The notes under the pieces are model-generated. The model was not told the DNA's origin. It did not search any database and worked only from the letters and a program-made list of their open reading frames with translations. Positions 55,040 through 64,000 of a DNA stretch of 64,000 nucleotides are shown piece after piece (the first letter of the stretch is position 1; every line of letters starts with the position of its first letter). The DNA comes from Botryllus schlosseri (taxonomy: Eukaryota). Position numbers and translations under genes: made by a program. The stretch covers positions 1,984,001 through 2,048,000 of the forward strand of contig CM119378.1 of NCBI GenBank assembly GCA_051294905.1, written 5' to 3'.

Positions 55040-57932
55040 ATGAAGGTAATCGTAGCCGGATACCCGAAGACCGGGACAAAGTCCATGGCCGCGGCGTTAA
55101 CTCGATTAGGTTACAGCGTATACGATGTGTTGGAAAACGTGGTTTATCTACAAGACGAGTATATAACGATAATCGGAGATGGATGGACCACGGACGATTT
55201 TCGTAGAATGTACGCAACCGTTGATGCCGTGTGTGATATGCCCGCATGCTTTTTTTGGGACGAGATTCACAAACCTTTCCCGACGCAAAGGTAATGCACA
55301 AATATATAGTGGAGTGTTTCTTTATATATATTTAGATAACTGACCTATGGATAGATGCTGGACAGGCCAAGACTTTGACATTACTTCACGGTTGGACACT
55401 GGACAGCCAGTTCACGTTAGAAATCAGCATTCTTGCACACTGCAGAACGCCGCAATAGGCCATTGATTCGGTCATTGCAATACGGTGCTCCGATTGTTTA
55501 AAACAATGGCAATTTTCGCCTTTTAGCGGAATTTTGGTGTCTTGCAGTGCGTTTGCTAGGATATAATTAGGGCTGGGCAAAATCGAGTCTGAGTGATTCG
55601 ATACTGAATCACGTAATATGCTTCGAGTCGAGTCGAGTATTCAAGTATCATTCATTATGACGTCATAACAGAATGCACTATGTCAGTCAAAGTTCATATA
55701 TGTATCTTTTATGGCGCAACAAAGGATATAATGCATGTTATCAGTCACATTAAAGATACTTCTGTATTTTTTCGGCCATGCTGATTTCATTGCACTTTGT
55801 AACAATGTTATCGGATGAATATGACTTCAGAAATGTGTTATTTCCAGTAACATTCGTAGCTTTGTACTATATTTCGTATCCTTCGATGCGGCAAGTCATG
55901 GTTTCAAGCCTTACACAATGGAAAATAGTATCAAAACTACAATTCTCGTTTATAAATTAACTTTCAGTGGCGATAAGCGTGAAATTTCAGTACTTGAAAA
56001 AAACCGTCTTTTACTACTCGACTTGAATCATTAAAACGAATACTCGAATCATTGTGCCCAGCCCTAATTATAATAGGCCTATATATTATTGGATTCAGTG
56101 CGACAGTAGCTCTTGTTCAAAACCAATGTTACTTAACTTATTGCTCGGGGGTCGCAAACTATTACATTACCACATCTGTTTACGAAACCCGCCAGAATTA
56201 CTAGAACTGTCCGGCTGCCCAACCATATGCAAAAATGCATCCATCCATAGGCTAGCTATCTATATGGTTTGTCAAACTGGGCGGCTTGGGCGGGAAATAT
56301 CAAAGGGTCCATATTGGAGTATAAGGAGATGCACCTAGCTGGAGTATGGTTCCTACACGGCATATGCGCACCATCACCACCGTCATTTTAGGCCCTTTTT
56401 CACTTTAGGATCGAGTACATGTGTGTATCCTTCGAGATATCAATAATAAAATAATTATCGCAATGTTTCAACAGTGTACAGAGTGTTGTAAAGGTATTGC
56501 CAAAGAACTATATATGAATTCACGATATCAACATTACTACTGTTAAGAGATATCGTTACGAACTACATAGCCTTATTTAGGTATTTATTGGACTCTCTCA
56601 ATCTCATGAGAGCTGCGATACATCGTTTCGGAGATATGCTACTGTACCCGTATCATCAACCCAAAGCGATCTAAGCATTTTTTTCACACGCAGATCATCC
56701 TCACATTAAGAGATGATGAAGATGTGTGGTGGAAAAGTGTGATGAACCAAATAAAAGCATCAGATGGATTTCTTCCGAGAATGATCGAGATACTGTGTCC
56801 AACTTCCAGAAGGGCCGCTGATAGTATTATGGGTCCTATGAGTGAGTAAATAACTCCCATATTCATGCAAGCTTGCTAAGCAAGGTACCCACTTGCTTAC
56901 GTAAGTTGGACAGTGTTGGGGAAGGTGGAAGCCATCCAAACTAAATAATCACATTGAAGCCTGACAGAAATTATTGCACCATGCCCGTCGTCGAGTCCAG
57001 GAAGATATGAAGCCGAAGAAAGTGAAATGACAGAGCGCGGGAGATCATTCAAGCATGACAGACTAACACCATTAATAGTTTAGCAACCCGTGGGCTTGTG
57101 AACTATGGCGGCTCTTTTGCCAACATTGATTACATTTCCAGCAAGGGTGATGTTCGGCGGTCAGTATCGAAATCCATGGTCGTTAAAACCAACAACTCTA
57201 AACGAACAACTAGCGAAAAAGTGCTACCGATCGCACAATGCTTATGTTATGGAGGTGAGATTGTATGTATTTATTTGCCTTCTCCGTACTTACACGTAGG
57301 CCTACTCCCATACACATATTCCCACAGCACTGAAACAAAGTGCAATGAAATATGTATTTGGTTCTTGCGGTCGCATAAGATGTGCAGTGCATACCGAAAC
57401 TCTCCGTGTCGCCTATGTTTTTGAGTGAAATGATGGTGGGATACTCTAATACTTGATTTTTCCCAGCCGTGGCTTTACAGTTTGGGCTAATTTTGATTTT
57501 TGAAGATACACCGGTTCGCAAAATATTTTGTTGAAGAACCACTAACTGACGCTACTCATTTCTGTCTCGCTGTTCCACTTCACGATCATTACACTCATAC
57601 CACTTACTCACCTCCAGACTGCTCCTAAAGACAAACTCCTCGTCTACAAGTGTTCCCAAGGATGGGACCCGCTATGTCAGTTTCTGGGCGTACCAGTACC
57701 CGACGAACCGTTTCCCAGGAAGAACGTGCGTGGCAACGTCGTGAATGAATTTCAGGAAACTCCCATTTTCAAGCAGCTGCAGAAGGAGATGATGGTGTCT
57801 GTTTTAAAGTTAACTGTTGTCTCGGGTCTGATCACGTATTGCGTAGTAAAATACGGCCCTGTCAAAATTGCCGAGACTGTCTACGATCAAGCGAAAAGCA
57901 CGTTGCAAAAACTTCCGTTTTGGAAACTTTGA
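55040..57932 (+). pseudogene. Sulfotransferase paralogue B (exons 55040-55290, 56694-56841, 57142-57254, 57618-57932); 1-nt deletion in exon 1
   Basis: Exon 1 is 251 nt vs 252 nt in A and C (AAA-CCTTTCCC vs AAAGCCTTTCCC at ~55273). The other exons are open. 275 aa if repaired. Could be an assembly error. Confidence 0.8.
55568..56066. mobile_element. hAT-type MITE (~500 bp), copy 1
   Basis: TIR TAGGGCTGGGCA / TGCCCAGCCCTA; partial TSD GATATAAT/ATTATAAT; colinear with 60101-60599. Confidence 0.85.
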
Positions 57933-57939
57933 ATTGAGG

Positions 57940-58046
57940 AGACTCTTTGGAGGCACAGAACTTCAATATACAATTGAATAATTATTATTATAATATAGTC
58001 ATATTTAAATAAACCCGAATATCTCTTGTTGACATTAGTCAGGTTT
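57940..58046 (-). mobile_element. Degenerate pLTR copy (hammerhead core decayed)
   Basis: CTTTGGAGGCACAGAACTTCAATATACAATTGAATA..AAACCCGAATAT matches the pLTR tail. Confidence 0.65.
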
Positions 58047-58358
58047 ACAGGTAGATACGGTCCGGTCGAAATTGACGAGAACGTCTACGACCAAGCGAGA
58101 AGTGCGCTGCAAAAAATCCCGTCTGGTAACGTTGAATTTTTAAAAGAATATATTTTGAAGAACGTGATTATGTGGAAGACGTCCTAATATCGCCCACGAC
58201 AATAGTTTTCAGAGCGCTTTATTTTTCACGTCAGCACGGCACCCAGTTCAGACAAGGAGGAAAATGACTTGTCACCTGTCCACCAAGTGTCCTTTTCACG
58301 TACACGGATCTAGACACTTGGTGGCCCTAGGAGCAATAACAATACTACCAGCCAGCTG

Positions 58359-59869
58359 TAGGGTTGGGACTTCGGGATCAAATTTCAAATCCCTGGATCG
58401 GGATTTTCCGGGATTTTCGCTCCTCAATCCCGGGATCCTCAATCCCGGGATTTCCCGGGATTGACAAAGTAGCAAAATGCACATACAAGCTACACAAACA
58501 ACATTTATCCCTTGTAATATTGACGCAAAAACATGCTGTCGTGAATACGAATGAAACCCAGCGATCGAAAGCCACCCGGATAATGAGCGTTTATATTCAT
58601 GTAGCCTACCGCCTGTTTCGTGTAGGAGTTGATTTGTCCAACGTGATCGAAAACGTCCATCATTCCGTTACAGTGCCATAAGCTTTTCTTACACACACTT
58701 TTTTTTCTGTGCTCGATCACGAAGTCCCGAACCCGTTTGTGACATCTTGGCAAGTCATAGCCGTCAGCCTTGAAGGCCTGACGAATTCGCTCACTTTGGA
58801 GCACTTTGTTTAAATTCTAGCACGTCCACAGCAGTTAACTGGCTAGGAAGCTCATCGAAACGAGGATTATGGGATTTATAAAATGAATCGATCTTCCTCG
58901 GATTCATTTTTGACTGATCTATCTTTGACGTGCCCGATTGAGTCATGGTTGATTTAATTACTATCATGTGTACGGACCAAAAATGCGTTACCAGTCCCTT
59001 TGTGCTATACCAGTGGTTCCCAACCTTTTCGACTCATCGCCCCCTTATCGAGCTCGACACAAATTTTCGTCCCCCATCCCCTATCGCCCCATATTTACGG
59101 ATCCGAAAAGAGGACATATAAACGGGTAATTTATTCACCTAACTTAGATCGCCAAAGAATTTAGTAAATAAAAAGGTAATTTTTCCGAGTAGGTGCTCCG
59201 AAAACCGGTTTCCGCCGTTAAGTTGACCATTTTTTAGTCAACCTTGGCGTCGTATGCAGAATTAGCCGTGTTCACGTGCATTTTTTGGCCGTGTTGAATA
59301 CATATATCTCACTGAACGTCCTAACATTTTCGCCCCCCAATCGCCCCCTTGCTTTTCAAAATCGCCTACTGTGGGGCGATATCACCCACGTTGGAAACCG
59401 CTGTGCTAGACCCTGAAGTTTTCAAGACGTCCTGACACAAGTTGCATTTGGCTTTTTCTGTAGATTTACAAAACAAAAAGTTTTGCCACACAACTGATTT
59501 TTTCGTCGCACTGACATCTTCGAAATTCGCTATTATCCCGGCCTGTATTTCACCTCCACAGCACCATCTTTGCAACGCCCCAATACTGAGTTACACTGCT
59601 ACGATCCGTAGACTACGAAGGGAGTGATTGTGCACTGTGCAGTTCAATGTTATGCCATAGTTGGGTTTATTATCATATAATTGTGATTGTTTTAGATAAT
59701 CAGCCGAGTTTGTAACACTGCTTTATTACAAAAATAAGAGACATGACGCTACGTAAGCCTTGTAGATGCGTTTTACAAATCCCAGGATTACATTGCGATT
59801 AATCCCGGGATCGGGATTGCTTCAAATCCCGGGATCCCGGGATCGGGATTTCCCGGGGTCCCAACGCTA
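58359..59869 (-). mobile_element. Internally deleted hAT element with transposase remnants (BED finger; YMNINAH region)
   Basis: TIR TAGGGTTGGGAC / GTCCCAACGCTA; perfect TSD GCCAGCTG; ATCCCGGGAT repeats; minus-strand VWQNF..KAKCNLCQDVLKTSGSST|KGLVTHF..H. Confidence 0.88.
59011..59403. mobile_element. Buster-type MITE (393 bp) nested in the hAT BED finger
   Basis: Ends CAGTGGTTCCCAAC / GTTGGAAACCGCTG; TSD TGCTATAC/TGCTAGAC; ATCGCCCC repeats. Confidence 0.88.
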
Positions 59870-60100
59870 GCCAGCTGGTAAGTGTATTCGAAGGCACGAT
59901 GGTACCACAATAGGAATTAACAATTATTAGAAATACACCTGTAATTGGTGGGCTGTCACACTTAGAATGTATTTGGGCAGCTCCACAGTACAGAGTGGAA
60001 TAAGGGCATCGAAAACACAATAACAGTGACGTCAGATCAGACGACGTGTTAGGTTATACTCTATTATACCTTATACACTATCATAGGCCTACCTTATTAG

Positions 60101-60599
60101 AAGGGCTGGGCAAAATCGAGTACCTGAGTGATTCGATTCTGAATCACGTATTACGCTTCGAGTATTCGAGTATCACTCATTATGACGTCACAGCAGAATG
60201 CATTATGTCAAAGTAGAAATATGTACCTTTTATGCGATCACAAATAACATAATGCATGTTATCCGTCACATCAAAGATACTTTGGTATTTTTTCGACCAC
60301 TCTGATTTCATTGCACTTCATGACATTGTCGTGGGATGATCATGACTTCGAACATGTGTTGTTTCCAGTAACGTTAGTAGCTTTGTACTATATCTCGTAT
60401 GACGGCAAATTAAGGTTTCTAGGCTACCTCAGTGGGAAAATTGTATGAAAACTATAATTCTCATTACTAAATTAACTTTCAGTTGCGAGTAGCATATAAC
60501 TTCAGTACTCGAAAAAATCGTCTATTACTACTCGAATCAAATCATTAAAATAAATACTCGATTCAGATTCGAGTACTCGAATCATTGTGCCCAGCCCTA
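60101..60599. mobile_element. hAT-type MITE (~500 bp), copy 2
   Basis: AAGGGCTGGGCA / TGCCCAGCCCTA; TSD CTTATTAG/CTTATGAG. Confidence 0.85.
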
Positions 60600-61739
60600 C
60601 TTATGAGATGTGGGCTCCCGTAATATCGGCAAAAATCATGTTACGAATTTTGACTGTTGGCTACTACTGAAATACTATATTATTATGCAGACAAGGATAT
60701 TGCATTGCCCATATCATCATCGTCGTAGCATCATTCGACCAAGAGATATGAAGACCAGCTCGATAGGCAAGGCATCTGCAGTAGCATTGAGTTAATGATT
60801 GGATACTTTTCCGCAATTCAAACGATATGGAAGTTGTCGACGCAGTGCTTTTGCGTCACTCTCTTCAGATATACAGCAGCGCGCAGTCGGAGTTCAGTAT
60901 CAGCTGTATTAGGAAATTCATCATTTGAAAACACCACATGCTGACTGCGATACAATGAAAAGGTGGGAAGGTGTCGAAACATCTTGGAGTAGTCTTTGTC
61001 ATCAGACACGCACCTGGGCGTAGGCGCTGTGAAGAGGATGCATGCATGCTGAATGAAAAGTAAAAGAAGCTAGTCCATAAGGACAAGCGACAAATTGAGC
61101 CGGCATGCGATGGAAGGCGAGATCGATGTCAGGGCGTGGTCCTGTAAACTTGATGGTTGATTAGTATTCATTCGGAGAAATTGCTTGTATTTCTACTCGA
61201 ATGTGGACATGCCTGACGCATATAGGATAGCCGGCGAGACTCCGTTTGACAATTCAGATCCGGCATATTTGATAGAGCGATGGTCTTTCCTGTCGAAGCC
61301 AAATCCTGTTAAGATTATAATCCAAATCCAGCATTGACTACAATGCGTTCGAAATCCACATAATCAATGAAATTTTATTACATAGGCCTATATATGTCCA
61401 AATTCAGTTTCCGAGAAGTCTTCACCAAAATCAGATCTAATCTTTTATCCGATCTCATCTAAGCTCTTTGCTCGTGTCTGCTTATGCCACCCTTCAACGA
61501 GAAGTGAAACCAAATGAGCACGGTTATTCATAGTTGGACATTGTCGGCATCGGCACGAGTATCCATGCAATGTTAATGTTATATATTCAGCGAAGGAATC
61601 TATCTAAATATGGACTACGTAGGCTACTAACCCTAAAGTGAGCAAACAAGCGCAAAATGTTTGTTCTCGTGAGTATGCCTCCAATCCTGACGTTTCACAC
61701 GAGTTCTGTCTTGGATGCGTATGCTAGTAAAAGAGCGAG

Positions 61740-63732
61740 ATGAAGGTTATCGTAGCCGGCTACCCAAAGACTGGGACCAAGTCCATGAACGCGGCGTTAA
61801 CTCAATTGGGTTTCAACGTATACGATGCGTTGGAAAACTTGGTTTATCTGCAAGACGAGTACATAAAAATACTCGAAAATGGATGGACTACAGAGGACTT
61901 TCGCAGAATGTATGAAACAGTTGATGCCGTGTGCGATACGCCCGCATGCTTTTTTTGGGACGAGATTCACAAAGCCTTTCCCGATGCCAAGGTAATGATA
62001 TACAATACCATATCATAGTACACCGCGTATCCCAGGGGCTGACAACATACCACCCACGGCCCAGCCCGCGACGAGATTTTGAGCGGCCCGTAGACAGTTT
62101 CCGGTGATACATGATAATGCGTCCCGTAGCCTCAGTCTGCCGCATAACATAGATGGTCATGAAACAGTATGTACTATTCGGTTCCTCATACATTTGCTAG
62201 CAAATATTCTCGCCGACGCCGACGTGCAGCCATAGTTCAAAGAGCTTGGTGACAACTTTGAATTTGATTGACCACAGAAGTCTGATTGGAGTTAAATGGG
62301 CACTGCGCGCTAAATATCATCTGGTGTCAAATTAAAAATGAATTGGGCAGCAGCCATTTTCTTCTGAGATCCACCGTATAATGAACTGCAGCTAAAAGAA
62401 ATCTCATTGAGTACGAAGTTTAGAACCGAAGGCATGTGTATGCTATCGCCCATAACATCAATGTTAGAAAGAAAATAACAATGTGTGCTAAGTGTTGTGG
62501 CAACATTGCATAACAACTAGGCTATATATGACAAGGCAGTGGATAATAAATGTAGCGCTATCAGCCTGAATTCACGACATATCAACTGTTCTACACATAT
62601 AGCTAGGATGGCCATTAACACGTAGCCTATGTCATTGTCTACCGGGTGAACGATCGCGGCAGTTAGGCGTCTGGATCACATGCTCATTAAAAAAGGCAGT
62701 AGTGGATAAACTAAACTCAGTGCATAAACTCAAGTAATATCATGGAGATGGTCACTTCACTGATTAATTATGCGGACGATACTGGTCATGTTATAATATA
62801 ACTTACATTGTCTATTGTCCGTTTGGATTGCTTTTAACTGTGTAGTTGGTGAGCAATGTAAGTTTTAAACAGAGACTGTTAAAATTGGGAACAAGTCCGC
62901 TATCGGGGAGCATAGTCAATGTCCGTTTCTGAGATAGGCTTCAAGTTCATCATGATCATAGGTGTCTAAATATATCAATTGATGACAACTCGGCAGCCGT
63001 TCTGATCATTTCTTACGTGCAGATCATCCTCACATTGAGAGATGATGAAGATGTCTGGTGGAAAAGTCTGCTGAGCCAATTGAAAGCATCAGATAAATTT
63101 CTTCTAAAGATGATGGAGATGCTGTGTCCAACTTCCACCAGAGCCTGCATCAGAATTCTGAATCCTATCTGTGAGTAATCGGCCCCCTCACTGGATAAAT
63201 GCTTATGCCGAGCTTTCTAAAGAAGGTATAGGCTCCACACACGAACCTTAGTTAATGGAAATGTGAAGATTGACGAAGCCACCCACGCTATTTACACGTC
63301 ATATATCGGTTATGATTTATTCCTTCCAGGTTTTGGTTTAATTTTGTTAGCTTACGAATCACACCCTTTTTGCACATAACAGCTAGTCATGGGGGCTAAT
63401 CGAATTCCTGATTCTAAATCAATTTCTACGTTATGAAATTACTCTGCGAACACGCCCACATCGACTACCCGATCAGACCACCGCTTTGGTGTTGTTGCAT
63501 ATCTTGCTCACCCAACTTCAGTAACCAACCATTTTGGTATACGTAATCCTATCAGCCCGCACCCGATGTCTCATAGGCTATGATGACTATCTCACTAATG
63601 TTGATTACTCTCCCAGCGACAGTGATGTTCGGAGGTCCATATCGAAATCCCTGGTCGTTAAAACCCTGGACTCTGAATAACGAACAACTAGCGAAGAAAT
63701 GCTACCGAACCCACAATGCTTATGTTATGGAG
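61740..63732 (+). CDS. Sulfotransferase paralogue C, exons 1-3 (61740-61991, 63023-63170, 63617-63732); exon 4 beyond the window
   Basis: MKVIVAGYPKTGTKSM..; IILTLRDDEDVWWKS..; ..NEQLAKKCYRTHNAYVME; same intron phases (0, 1, 0) as A and B. Confidence 0.88.
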
Positions 63733-64000
63733 GTAAGATCCCCTGAATGCGCAGTGTTGAGCGCATTCTCTTTATGCTTACAATTATATACTACCATAGT
63801 GCCATCACTCAATCAACGAATATCGTTAGAACCATTCGAAAGTGAAGCTTACTATGCGGAATACAGTGCTGGCCGAAATAGTCCACATTGCTACTCAATT
63901 AAAAGTATAATAGCGTAAATACCTACTCCATTACAAGTAGAAGTAGCAGTCCCCAGTTGTGCCAAAATTACTCCAAGTAGAAGTAGAAAATGATAGGAGT

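Noticed and set aside
60818-61400. Coding-like minus-strand stretch (ORF 60818-61009)
   Set aside because: No family recognisable by eye and it is interrupted by stops. It may be an old transposase remnant and needs tblastn.

Overview
AT-rich, intron-containing animal genomic DNA. A marine invertebrate such as an ascidian is my inference from gene content and cannot be proven here. (1) Minus strand, about 38.3 kb to 0.2 kb: one large gene encoding a probably secreted protein of about 1,600 aa. It has a candidate signal exon, one disrupted sushi/CCP exon, a vWA domain in 4 exons, then 22 intact phase-1 sushi exons. (2) Plus strand, 48.9-64 kb: three tandem 4-exon Sulfotransfer_4-type sulfotransferase paralogues. 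A is intact, B has a 1-nt frameshift and C runs off the window. (3) Dense hAT transposon load: a near-intact 2.7-kb Buster element with one frameshift, and about 11 non-autonomous hAT elements with 8-bp TSDs, some nested. (4) Most striking: a dispersed ~150-bp repeat (at least 9 copies) carrying a minimal type I hammerhead ribozyme motif (ACCC-CUGACGA-G..C-GAAA-AUAUUC-GGGU, palindromic helix III). One copy is still attached to a GIY-YIG endonuclease remnant, which identifies the repeat as a Penelope-like pseudo-LTR. (5) Heavily decayed, apparently intronless, repeated cyclic-nucleotide-gated-channel-like sequence at 38.4-43.4 kb and 29.5-31.1 kb (low confidence). There are also tRNA-derived SINEs and a 164-bp tandem repeat. 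Exon boundaries and translations were read by hand.
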